A stretch of 39,123 nt of DNA from Candidatus Aenigmatarchaeota archaeon (GCA_018221065.1 JAAOXY010000082.1:1-39123), one strand, 5' to 3'; counted from the first letter of the stretch, positions 1-6,943 are shown. Translations and numbers: made by a program. Notes: generated by a model not told the origin, from the sequence alone.

Positions 1-168
1 GGGATAGTGTGAGATAGTAGATGGACAGTATGAGGGGGAGATAGCATAGTTCCCTATGATCTGAGCGGGAGACTTAGTTTAATACTAGCACCTATGGCGA
101 CTTTGGGAGAGAAACTGTCTCGCTTACTCTAGTGCTATGACTCGCGCTAACAATGAAAGGATGCACTA

Positions 169-336
169 ATGGACGAAAAGGATTGTAGTGGGTGTAATTA
201 TAGAAAGATTGCCGTACAATGTTACAAGTCTATAGATAAAAACTGTCCATGTGCTATATGTATTGTTAAAACAATGTGCTCTGAATCATGTAATGTATGG
301 CATCAATGGTATATAAATAGAGAGAGGAGACCCTAA
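169..336 (+). CDS. small Cys-rich protein, CxGC..CPCxxCxVKxMC family (55 aa)
   Basis: Hand-translated ORF below track cutoff: ATG 169, TAA 334-336. MDEKDCSGCNYRKIAVQCYKSIDKNCPCAICIVKTMCSESCNVWHQWY.. Stop abuts the ATG of the next paralog. Confidence 0.6.
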   Translation: MDEKDCSGCNYRKIAVQCYKSIDKNCPCAICIVKTMCSESCNVWHQWYINRERRP

Positions 337-521
337 TGGATGAAAACTGTGATGGATGTATATGGAACTATGATGGATCACTGTGTGTAAAGTGGCAGGA
401 TGGAAACTGTCCATGTGGGAGATGTGTCGTTAAACCGATGTGCCAGGATCCATGTGACACATGGGGATTATGGTATACAATAGAACATGCAAAAAAACAA
501 AGAAAGGATGGGTGGATATAA
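336..521 (+). CDS. small Cys-rich protein, same family (61 aa)
   Basis: ORF track. MDENCDGC..GNCPCGRCVVKPMCQDPCDTWGLWY carries the full motif. Confidence 0.7.
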   Translation: MDENCDGCIWNYDGSLCVKWQDGNCPCGRCVVKPMCQDPCDTWGLWYTIEHAKKQRKDGWI

Positions 522-522
522 A

Positions 523-681
523 ATGGTAGACTTAGATTATAACAAGTTCTATGAAGAAATACATAATAAGAAACATGCTAACATAACAAAACATGAGCTA
601 AGGGAAGCTATTCGTTGGCCTGTTGAGACATCTCCCGAAGAAGAGGATGTCTCTGATGAGGATATAAACAGTGGATGTTAA
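523..681 (+). CDS. hypothetical acidic protein (52 aa)
   Basis: In-frame ATG 523 immediately after the upstream TAA (519-521). Purine-rich GGATGGGTGG upstream. The longer track ORF from 487 overlaps the upstream gene. Confidence 0.5.
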   Translation: MVDLDYNKFYEEIHNKKHANITKHELREAIRWPVETSPEEEDVSDEDINSGC

Positions 682-1021
682 AACAAGGCTAGTTGATTTC
701 AGTAATAACATATTAGAAGAATATGATATTGACTTGAGTAATAGACCAGTAAGCCCATGTAATGAATGTCTGGTATCTATTATGTGTAAAAAACTATGTC
801 CTGATGTAACCAATTATCTATTTGATTATGAGACATATGATAGAGCCTTAGAAAAAACTCTTATACAATGTGCAACTAACTATCCTCTAAATATGGAAAT
901 ATTTGAACTGAGGTCTCATAGGAAGGGGGAATATAAAAAGTGGGTAGTGCGAACATATAGGGGAAGGATACAAAGCTTTAAAGAGAGGAATAAAGATGAC
1001 AAGTCATCAACTGGTCGATAG
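671..1021 (+). CDS. hypothetical protein with C-half motif PCNECLVSIMC
   Basis: GTG start 671 with GAGGA 8 nt upstream. Contains only the PCxxC-x-V-x2-MC half of the family signature. Confidence 0.55.
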   Translation: MDVKTRLVDFSNNILEEYDIDLSNRPVSPCNECLVSIMCKKLCPDVTNYLFDYETYDRALEKTLIQCATNYPLNMEIFELRSHRKGEYKKWVVRTYRGRIQSFKERNKDDKSSTGR

Positions 1022-1286
1022 TCCATGTAGTATATGTATAGTTCGAACTATGTGTGATAATATATGTCTAGAGGGAACAATATATCTAATTGAACATGAA
1101 GTGGCTGATGAACCAATGCAACGGGTTTTAATACGTGGATGTGATCCTAAGTATAAATCAGACACGATTACAATAAATTCAAACCATAATGGTCAATTCA
1201 GGACATTCAAAATGGAAATTAGAGAGGGTCAAATAACATCTTTCATGCTAACAACTAGAGATCCATTCGATTTAAGGAAGGAATGA
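996..1286 (+). CDS. hypothetical protein with C-half motif PCSICIVRTMC
   Basis: ORF track. ATG 996 preceded by GAGAGGAA. C-terminal architecture parallels 671..1021 (..R.G.I.SF..). Confidence 0.6.
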   Translation: MTSHQLVDSPCSICIVRTMCDNICLEGTIYLIEHEVADEPMQRVLIRGCDPKYKSDTITINSNHNGQFRTFKMEIREGQITSFMLTTRDPFDLRKE

Positions 1287-1290
1287 ATCC

Positions 1291-1332
1291 AAAAAAAAGA
1301 GATAGGGAGACTAGTCCTATTCTCTTTTTTTG
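1291..1332. terminator. bidirectional intrinsic terminator between convergent genes
   Basis: A-run, then AGAGATAGG ... CCTATTCTCT hairpin, then T-run. Lies between the + gene ending 1286 and the - gene ending 1394. Confidence 0.65.
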
Positions 1333-1393
1333 AGCTGTCCCGATGATAGACCTTGGACATTGCGTTTGCTCAGGTTGCCAACTCTTTATTAAT

Positions 1394-1762
1394 CTATACC
1401 GCTGGGCCGCCGATCACCTCTCGTTCATTATCTGGGAGACTTCCTATTTTCAAGCCTTTTGGGAACACCCGACTAAGTACTTGAATACCATACTCATCAA
1501 GGTCATCCCCACGAAGTGCTGCGTTAAGGATATTACTAATCTGCTGAATAACTTGAAATCTAGACTTCATATCCAACAGAAGCTTTTCTTTTGGAACTAC
1601 AGTGTGAAGGCCACCATACTTCGGATGGCTTTTGGGAAATTTCACCTGAGCCATATCACTGTCCGGCTCAATATCAGTATCCACATATAACTTTGTTCCC
1701 TCCGGGATAATAATCCCAGAACTTCTTACCGCTGTACTCTCTCTAAGATATGCTATTTCCAT
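1394..1762 (-). CDS. hypothetical protein (122 aa)
   Basis: ORF track. GGTGGAGGTG RBS upstream of ATG 1762. Confidence 0.7.
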   Translation of the reverse strand: MEIAYLRESTAVRSSGIIIPEGTKLYVDTDIEPDSDMAQVKFPKSHPKYGGLHTVVPKEKLLLDMKSRFQVIQQISNILNAALRGDDLDEYGIQVLSRVFPKGLKIGSLPDNEREVIGGPAV

Positions 1763-1766
1763 AGTA

Positions 1767-1937
1767 TTACACCTCCACCTTTAGATTTTGTATTCTCCAA
1801 TATGTGTTTTCGATCAGTTCTTCCTGGTAAACTTCGGTTTGATAACTGCTATCAAGTTCCTCAATCACTTTGAAGAACACATACGAAGCAGCTAAGAATA
1901 ACCAGCCAATGATTATAAGCACGATTGTTTTTTTCAT
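1767..1937 (-). CDS. small membrane protein (56 aa)
   Basis: Hand-translated: MKKTIVLIIIGWLFLAASYVFFKV.. 57 codons with no internal stop. GGGGGATAAATACT precedes the ATG. Confidence 0.5.
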   Translation of the reverse strand: MKKTIVLIIIGWLFLAASYVFFKVIEELDSSYQTEVYQEELIENTYWRIQNLKVEV

Positions 1938-1942
1938 AGTAT

Positions 1943-2155
1943 TTATCCCCCATATTTAAAGTCTTCTACCATTTCATAGATGATGAGATATAACCTGAAC
2001 ACTGCAAAGAGTATCCACACAACACCAACTATCACTCCAATAAGAGAGAACATAATCCAAACCGGATCCGCAAACATAAATCGAACCAAGTTTATAGATA
2101 CTAGCAGGGTTACAGATACATATAGAGCGACTTTCATGAAATTAAAGAAATTCAT
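1943..2155 (-). CDS. membrane protein (70 aa, 2 predicted TM)
   Basis: ORF track. GGAGGTG RBS. Hydrophobic segments. Confidence 0.65.
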   Translation of the reverse strand: MNFFNFMKVALYVSVTLLVSINLVRFMFADPVWIMFSLIGVIVGVVWILFAVFRLYLIIYEMVEDFKYGG

Positions 2156-2191
2156 TTTTTCACCTCCCTATAGAGTTTTTATATAGACCGT

Positions 2192-2449
2192 TTATGATGC
2201 GAGTCCCATAGGAACTCTTCCCTTATATGCCTTTAATGTAATCAGTGGAGAGACCGTTATACCACCTTCCATAAGCTTCTCCACAATCGGTCTATAGGGA
2301 ACCAATATATCGTCGAATATATGACCGCATATATCGCACTTTGTATATTCGCCCCTGATGGTTAATGCAAGACCCTTTGTAGGACTCTTATGGGGCATGT
2401 CAATAGACTTACATCTGTTACATTTGATTGAAAATGGTAAGTATGCCAT
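2192..2449 (-). CDS. zinc-ribbon-like protein (85 aa)
   Basis: ORF track. CNRC ... CDIC pairs. GGAGGGATATACACT precedes the ATG. Promoter cassette 50 nt upstream. Confidence 0.65.
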   Translation of the reverse strand: MAYLPFSIKCNRCKSIDMPHKSPTKGLALTIRGEYTKCDICGHIFDDILVPYRPIVEKLMEGGITVSPLITLKAYKGRVPMGLAS

Positions 2450-2498
2450 AGTGTATATCCCTCCTTAATTGACTAAGAATTGTTTGTCTTTATTACAT

Positions 2499-2518
2499 AT
2501 TAATATATATAAGGAATT
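2499..2518 (-). promoter_or_regulatory. early promoter-like cassette core (variant ATTAATATATATAAGGAATT)
   Basis: Member of the repeated core motif family, 50 nt upstream of ATG 2449. Confidence 0.45.
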
Positions 2519-2829
2519 GATCTATATGGTCTATTGGATACTGTCCAGGGCACTAATCCGACTGTTTTTTTGGATCATTCGACACTCAGGATGGGGGTTT
2601 GCTCCAACCGACTAGGAACGGTATTTGTTCGTTTGGGATAGGGTCATTAGATAGTTAGCGGGACTGTGAGCAGGGTTTTGCTCGAGATTTAAAGCGATTC
2701 AAATACCAGGGACAAGAAAAGACATAGGGTTTCTTAATCGGGATTTGTGGTTTAGGATGGAGATGTAACCTGTTCTAAAATTTTCATCTCAAAAGAGATA
2801 TGGTAATTTAGAATGGATGTCTAAAATTT

Positions 2830-3024
2830 TTACAATATTTTTTTTCTTATTCTTTCCTTAATGATAGGTGTCCAATACTTATATTTTATAGGGCAATAAT
2901 GATTACCTTTACACATTATTTTAACAAGACACTTCCCGCATGGGCACCCTTCAGAAGTAATTCCAGATCTCATACAATATGAACTGGGATAATTTTGACT
3001 ACAACCAATACAACTATCTAACAT
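2830..3024 (-). CDS. small Cys-rich protein, CxGC..CPCxxCxVKxMC family (64 aa)
   Basis: ORF track. MLDSCIGC..EGCPCGKCLVKIMC. GGAGGTGTG RBS. Confidence 0.7.
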   Translation of the reverse strand: MLDSCIGCSQNYPSSYCMRSGITSEGCPCGKCLVKIMCKGNHYCPIKYKYWTPIIKERIRKKIL

Positions 3025-3057
3025 TTAAACACACCTCCAAAATTTTTTAAAAAAATT

Positions 3058-3076
3058 TTACCATATATAGGGATTT
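3058..3076 (-). promoter_or_regulatory. degenerate promoter-like core (CCATATATAGGGATT)
   Basis: Partial match to the cassette core, about 35 nt upstream of ATG 3024. Confidence 0.3.
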
Positions 3077-3077
3077 A

Positions 3078-3119
3078 CAGAGACATCTAACTGAGTGGTA
3101 GATGTCTCTGCTAACTATC
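3078..3119 (-). terminator. conserved terminator module (GAGACATC hairpin plus TGCTAACTAT)
   Basis: CAGAGACATC 3078-3087 pairs with GATGTCTCTG 3101-3110, followed by CTAACTAT. The same module recurs five or more times. Confidence 0.55.
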
Positions 3120-3126
3120 CCATATA

Positions 3127-3159
3127 TCTCCCGGTCGCGCTTTGCGGGGCCTGTCGAGA
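3127..3159. repeat. GC-rich hairpin element, copy 1
   Basis: TCTC-CCGGTCGCGCTTTGCGGGGCCTGTC-GAGA. Starts 12 nt below the stop of 3171..3410. Near-identical copies at 4884 and 6356. Confidence 0.6.
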
Positions 3160-3170
3160 ATGTCCCTTTA

Positions 3171-3410
3171 TTAATCGTTGATATCAAAAGCAGTGTTATA
3201 ACATTGAATGGCTTTGATCCAGTCTTCTCCGGCGTAGATAATATTGTTGAGATCATATGAATCATTGATATAAACAACATACACAATGACAGGAATGGAT
3301 GGCATCGCCGTTGCATGGAAATATTTTGTTCCTCTCTTATCTATATCTGATGCTATCACATGACTAAATGAAAAAGTTTGTAGATCTAATATGTCTAATG
3401 TGTGTTTCAT
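3171..3410 (-). CDS. hypothetical protein (79 aa), paralog of 9011..9220
   Basis: ORF track. GGAGGAGGG RBS. Shares HV[IL]AS and IY[AS]G.D..KA...YN with 9011..9220. Confidence 0.65.
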   Translation of the reverse strand: MKHTLDILDLQTFSFSHVIASDIDKRGTKYFHATAMPSIPVIVYVVYINDSYDLNNIIYAGEDWIKAIQCYNTAFDIND

Positions 3411-3440
3411 GATATCCCTCCTCCTATAGGATTATTTTTT

Positions 3441-3459
3441 GGAATAATAAGTTTATTCC
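3441..3459 (-). promoter_or_regulatory. 5' leader hairpin GGAATAA-N5-TTATTCC
   Basis: Inverted repeat between the promoter core and the RBS. About 40 nt of the leader is conserved with 5661-5701. Confidence 0.4.
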
Positions 3460-3467
3460 TTTTGTAT

Positions 3468-3490
3468 CATTAATTAATATATATAGAATT
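3468..3490 (-). promoter_or_regulatory. early promoter-like cassette core
   Basis: CATTAATTAATATATATAGAATT, 58 nt upstream of ATG 3410. Confidence 0.5.
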
Positions 3491-3541
3491 AGCAACCAAA
3501 AATAACGGTGCCGCCGGCAGCTAATTATCTCGGACAAAAAA

Positions 3542-3580
3542 AGAGACACCCAACAAATGTTAGATGTCTCTGCTAACTAA
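3542..3580 (-). terminator. conserved terminator module
   Basis: A-run, AGAGACAC ... GATGTCTCT, then GCTAACTA. The TAG stop of 3577..3867 lies inside CTAACTA. Confidence 0.5.
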
Positions 3581-3867
3581 GTGCTAAATGTGTCTATATC
3601 CTCTCTATCAAAATAGTAATCATCTCCATTATCTTCAATCCATGAAGGTATCATAGAATGATACCAATCTGACCACTCCTTACAACTACATCTAGGAATC
3701 ATTTTAACTATACAATTCACACAAATGCATTGCCCCTCATTATGCTCAACACATGACAAATATCTCTTTTCTTTTAGCGATGCATAGATTCTACAACCAT
3801 TACAGTGTTCATTATCTGTAGTAACTTTAATATAAAGATTATTCTTTTTTCTAATCATAGATAACAT
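3577..3867 (-). CDS. Cys-rich protein, extended family member (96 aa)
   Basis: ORF track. ..HCNGC..GQCICVNCIVKMIPRCSCKEWSDWY (CIC in place of CPC). Confidence 0.65.
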   Translation of the reverse strand: MLSMIRKKNNLYIKVTTDNEHCNGCRIYASLKEKRYLSCVEHNEGQCICVNCIVKMIPRCSCKEWSDWYHSMIPSWIEDNGDDYYFDREDIDTFST

Positions 3868-3875
3868 TTTTACTT

Positions 3876-4049
3876 TTACTCTCTTTCTTTTCTTTTCTCC
3901 TCTATTTTACCCTTAGTTTCGTCCAATAAGTTCTCTCCGTCTATTACGAGTTTTGAGACAAATTCAGAAAAGCCACCAGCTTTCTCACATTTTTGAATTG
4001 TTACAACTAACAATATGATAAATACTATGATAAGTATTGTTTTAAACAT
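3876..4049 (-). CDS. small membrane protein (57 aa)
   Basis: In-frame ATG 4049 with GGAGGATAATA RBS. The longer track start at 4085 would sit inside the terminator hairpin. Confidence 0.6.
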   Translation of the reverse strand: MFKTILIIVFIILLVVTIQKCEKAGGFSEFVSKLVIDGENLLDETKGKIEEKRKERE

Positions 4050-4071
4050 TATTATCCTCCTTTCTAAAAAA

Positions 4072-4114
4072 AGAGACAACCCCATAATGGCTAGATGTCT
4101 CTGCTCACTAACTG
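4072..4114 (-). terminator. conserved terminator module
   Basis: A-run, AGAGACA ... TGTCTCT, then GCTCACTAACTG. Directly below the stop of 4115..4438. Confidence 0.5.
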
Positions 4115-4438
4115 TTAACTATATTCCCTCATTGCCACCTGAATGGTCCAGGGTGTATCAACAGCAAACCCTGCCCTATCCAATTTCAAAACTCCTTCAG
4201 TCCCAAAATCATAGTGCCCGAAATGAGGTTCAAGTTTCGCTAACTTCATGTAGTTTTGACATGTACGAAGACTTATATCGAAGGTCTCTTTCACAAAAGT
4301 TTGCCAATTTCCATGACCTACATCCTCTTTCAATTCAAGAAGTTGTTCTCCAATTCTGACAGCACGATCTACATTTCCCTCATTTGAAGTCATCATACAA
4401 GTTTGAATCTCCCTGCTTATTTCAGGTGCTTTACGCAT
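4115..4438 (-). CDS. hypothetical protein, DUF3102-like (107 aa)
   Basis: ORF track. GHGNWQTFVKETFDISLRTCQNYMKLAKL resembles the GxGxW...S.RTA..YM.LA signature. This is recalled from memory, not searched. Confidence 0.65.
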   Translation of the reverse strand: MRKAPEISREIQTCMMTSNEGNVDRAVRIGEQLLELKEDVGHGNWQTFVKETFDISLRTCQNYMKLAKLEPHFGHYDFGTEGVLKLDRAGFAVDTPWTIQVAMREYS

Positions 4439-4475
4439 AGTAATACCTCCTTATAAAATAAGATTTATGTTTATT

Positions 4476-4498
4476 AGTAATTAATATATATAGGGATT
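4476..4498 (-). promoter_or_regulatory. early promoter-like cassette core
   Basis: AGTAATTAATATATATAGGGATT, 38 nt upstream of ATG 4438. Confidence 0.5.
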
Positions 4499-4549
4499 CC
4501 ATCTAAAAATAACGGTGCCACAAGGCATTTATTACATGGGTTAATCATA

Positions 4550-4624
4550 TTAGGTATCTTCTTCTTTATAAGCAAGATGAATACAATTATCTTCTCCTAT
4601 AAAGCATCCCTCACAGTTATCCAT
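4550..4624 (-). pseudogene. N-terminal fragment of the Cys-rich family (24 codons)
   Basis: MDNCEGCFIGEDNCIHLAYKEEDT*. Keeps the CxGC knuckle but lacks the CPC half. Its ATG overlaps the stop of 4617..4790. Confidence 0.35.
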
Positions 4625-4790
4625 AAGACTCACTCTCCCATTTATTCCATGGATCGCATCCCACTCGGCACATAGTTTTAACTAGACAGTAAGTACATGG
4701 GCAGTCTCCATTTGAATTTCGATCTCGAGTTTGTTTAAAACAACCAATAACACATCCTATACAGTTATCTATACAGTTATCTACACTCAT
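4617..4790 (-). CDS. small Cys-rich protein, family member (57 aa)
   Basis: Hand-translated: MSVDNCIDNCIGCVIGCFKQTRDRNSNGDCPCTYCLVKTMCRVGCDPWNKW.. 58 codons. GGAGGAG lies 9 nt upstream. Confidence 0.6.
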   Translation of the reverse strand: MSVDNCIDNCIGCVIGCFKQTRDRNSNGDCPCTYCLVKTMCRVGCDPWNKWESESYG

Positions 4791-4883
4791 GTTCCATGGC
4801 TCCTCCAGCTTATGATTATTTACCTCCTTTATTTAAAAAAAGAGACGGGGCTGGCGTGCTCACACCCCCCGATCTCTTTTCTC

Positions 4884-4919
4884 ATCCTCCGGTCGCGCTA
4901 TGCGGGGCCTGTCGAGGAT
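4884..4919. repeat. GC-rich hairpin element, copy 2
   Basis: ATCCTC-CGGTCGCGCTATGCGGGGCCTGTC-GAGGAT with a perfect 6-bp outer stem. Sits inside what looks like an interrupted terminator module (AAAAAAAGAGAC ... CTCTGCTAACTATC). Confidence 0.6.
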
Positions 4920-4943
4920 ACCTCTGCTAACTATCATAATGTA

Positions 4944-5651
4944 TTACCTCTTTGTTAATTTTGTCTCAGAACAATTGCTGATAACTCTTGACCCGAAACC
5001 GATACCCCAACAATTAGCCGATTTGATTATAGTATGGCCAGTGGTATGAATAGGGGGTTTGATTGATTTTACATCTTTTCTTATGCCATATACTAACGAT
5101 TCAGAAGGATCTGGATCTTCTTTGTTTATTCTGTAGAAATTATATATAGAAGTCCCCGTATATAATCCCCATTCAAGATTGGCGTTTCCACCATTATCAT
5201 CTATCATCCACAGATCACCATCATTGCTACTTGGAGGACTGCTGATAATGTAAAGTCCAGACTGAGCCATTGTAGCTAAAGTATAACCTCTTGTGAAAGA
5301 ACTTTTTCTTGTAGATTCGAAGCTTGTCAATGTAGTGTTGGCTATAGCTTGTAACAGGAAACCTCCACGGCCTATCATTATTCTATCTGATTGACTGAGG
5401 GCATCATAGTTGGTTACAACTTCGTGCATTCCTTGCTGGTCTATATCACCATCCACCAATTCTGCTGCCACATAATGACCTGCTATATGGGTTGCTGCAC
5501 TAGCGGCTGCCCCTATCAGCATCTCTCCAACATCTTCTGCTTTGACTGCTTCATTCACATCAACACCAAGAATATAAAACTTCATTGATTTTGATGATGC
5601 ACACCCACTAAATCCGAGACATAATAAAATGACACAAATAATATATTTCAT
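4944..5651 (-). CDS. putative lipoprotein (235 aa)
   Basis: ORF track. MKYIICVILLCLGFSGC signal peptide with lipobox. GGAGGGG RBS. Confidence 0.8.
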   Translation of the reverse strand: MKYIICVILLCLGFSGCASSKSMKFYILGVDVNEAVKAEDVGEMLIGAAASAATHIAGHYVAAELVDGDIDQQGMHEVVTNYDALSQSDRIMIGRGGFLLQAIANTTLTSFESTRKSSFTRGYTLATMAQSGLYIISSPPSSNDGDLWMIDDNGGNANLEWGLYTGTSIYNFYRINKEDPDPSESLVYGIRKDVKSIKPPIHTTGHTIIKSANCWGIGFGSRVISNCSETKLTKR

Positions 5652-5678
5652 AGTAACCCCTCCTATAGGATTGTTTTG

Positions 5679-5697
5679 GGAATAATAAGATTATTCC
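5679..5697 (-). promoter_or_regulatory. leader or attenuator hairpin GGAATAA-N5-TTATTCC, copy 2
   Basis: Same inverted repeat and flanks as 3441-3459. Overlaps the stop of 5691..5843. Confidence 0.4.
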
Positions 5698-5843
5698 TTT
5701 TCTATTGTTACTTTTACATTGTCGCCTTTCTGGAAACCATTCAAAGTGAACAAATGAACTTCTACTACAAGATAGGTATCTTCTGGCAGATCCCATACTT
5801 TCTCCTGTACTATCGATGTAGTTTCATATTTTTTCTTGGTCAT
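5691..5843 (-). CDS. hypothetical protein (50 aa)
   Basis: Hand-translated: MTKKKYETTSIVQEKVWDLPEDTYLVVEVHLFTLNGFQKGDNVKVTIEKE. GGAGGAATGAATT precedes the ATG. Confidence 0.45.
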   Translation of the reverse strand: MTKKKYETTSIVQEKVWDLPEDTYLVVEVHLFTLNGFQKGDNVKVTIEKE

Positions 5844-6103
5844 AATTCATTCCTCCTTTCTAATATCCTCTCGGCTAATAATGACGCTCTTCATATTTAT
5901 TAAAGATCTATATCTCTATAGATTTTTATGCAAACCCAGTTACCAATCTATCAAACTCGCACGATTTAAACTTCAATTAATATGAAAAGCTGTTCCAATT
6001 ATTATTATCCTCTTTTTTCCTTTGAGTCTGCCTCCTCCGGAAGCCTTACCAGGTAATCAAGAAGTAATAATCAAAACAGTCATTATTAGCAGACAGAATA
6101 TTA

Positions 6104-6146
6104 GTAGAGACATCCAACTGAGTGTTAGATGTCTCTACTAACTATC
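6104..6146 (-). terminator. conserved terminator module
   Basis: GTAGAGACATC 6104-6114 pairs with GATGTCTCTAC 6128-6138, followed by TAACTATC. Confidence 0.55.
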
Positions 6147-6152
6147 ATCCAC

Positions 6153-6339
6153 CTCAATATTTTCCTTCGCATATGTAATTGTCCCATTCAGGACAGCAGT
6201 CATTATTTGCCTTTTGATCAGGATTACATCTCATTACTTTCATCAAACAAATATTACATGGTCATGATTCATCATTAAAAGTATAACATATTAAATCCTC
6301 TATACTATAAAGAGGACACCCCTCACAATTCTTAGACAT
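6153..6339 (-). pseudogene. disrupted Cys-rich family member (in-frame TGA plus 1-nt frameshift)
   Basis: MSKNCEGCPLYSIEDLICYTFNDES-TGA(6262-6264)-PCNICLM, then a +1 shift into KVMRCNPDQKANNDCCPEWDNYICEGKY*. Span is 187 nt (3n+1). Confidence 0.55.
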
Positions 6340-6355
6340 AAAATAATCTCCTTTT

Positions 6356-6391
6356 ATCCCCCGATCGCGCTTTGCGGGGCCTGGTGGGGAT
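6356..6391. repeat. GC-rich hairpin element, copy 3
   Basis: ATCCCC-CGATCGCGCTTTGCGGGGCCTGGT-GGGGAT with a perfect 6-bp outer stem. Directly below the stop at 6393. Confidence 0.6.
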
Positions 6392-6392
6392 T

Positions 6393-6548
6393 TTATCCAC
6401 CAACGGGTTTTCTGTGGGATCTGGGCGGACTGTTGTATTGATAAGAAACGTACCGTTTTTTACTTTTCTTGTATTTGTGGATAACGAAAGGACTGATAAC
6501 AATGATTGTAGCGATGGTTGCATAAAGTGAAATCAAGAATAGATCCAT
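6393..6548 (-). CDS. small membrane protein (51 aa)
   Basis: Hand-translated codon by codon: MDLFLISLYATIATIIVISPFVIHKYKKSKKRY.. GGAGGAGATAAAAA RBS. Promoter core 47 nt upstream. Confidence 0.45.
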   Translation of the reverse strand: MDLFLISLYATIATIIVISPFVIHKYKKSKKRYVSYQYNSPPRSHRKPVGG

Positions 6549-6594
6549 TTTTTATCTCCTCCTTAAAGTTAAATAAGTTTAATAATTTATTATT

Positions 6595-6616
6595 AGTAAT
6601 TAATATATATAGAATT
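6595..6616 (-). promoter_or_regulatory. early promoter-like cassette core
   Basis: AGTAATTAATATATATAGAATT. Confidence 0.5.
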
Positions 6617-6658
6617 AACATCTAAAAATAACGGTGCCGCCGGCAGCTTGCTATCCCG

Positions 6659-6943
6659 TTAAATATCTTGATCTTTCACATCTCCTTTTTTTAAGCAATG
6701 TTTTTGGACACTATAAGGGGGATCCAACTTAAATTCTGCTCTAATACTATTCACAACACTTCTTACTCTGTTAGCTCCAGAATCTTTAGACCCCTTTGGG
6801 CGCTTACTATTTTTAGTAAAGTAATCACATATTATAGAACAATGAACCTGGCTTAATATTGGAGCAACACCTCTATTGTTACTATGTACCATAGCATTAC
6901 ATATAGCAAATGTTATACAGTCTTTACATGGAATTTTACTCAT
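6659..6943 (-). CDS. Cys-containing protein, PCKxCIxxAIC subfamily (94 aa)
   Basis: ORF track. MSKIPCKDCITFAICNA.. parallels 8597..8806. Confidence 0.7.
   Translation of the reverse strand: MSKIPCKDCITFAICNAMVHSNNRGVAPILSQVHCSIICDYFTKNSKRPKGSKDSGANRVRSVVNSIRAEFKLDPPYSVQKHCLKKGDVKDQDI

Noticed and set aside
3047-3316. 89-aa minus-strand track ORF
   Set aside because: It spans a terminator module, the GC-rich element and part of 3171..3410 in another frame. It has no RBS.
6262-6264. Selenocysteine or genome-wide TGA reassignment as the explanation for the in-frame TGA
   Set aside because: TGA cleanly terminates well-supported genes here, for example 996..1286 and 20460..23105. The same copy also carries a frameshift a few codons later. 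I saw no convincing SECIS-like hairpin by eye. A pseudogene is the simpler reading, and this is kept as a check under the finding.
6332-6523. 63-aa minus-strand track ORF
   Set aside because: It has no RBS and runs through the GC-rich repeat. The alternative frame 6393..6548 has a strong RBS, a TM helix and correct spacing from the promoter core.
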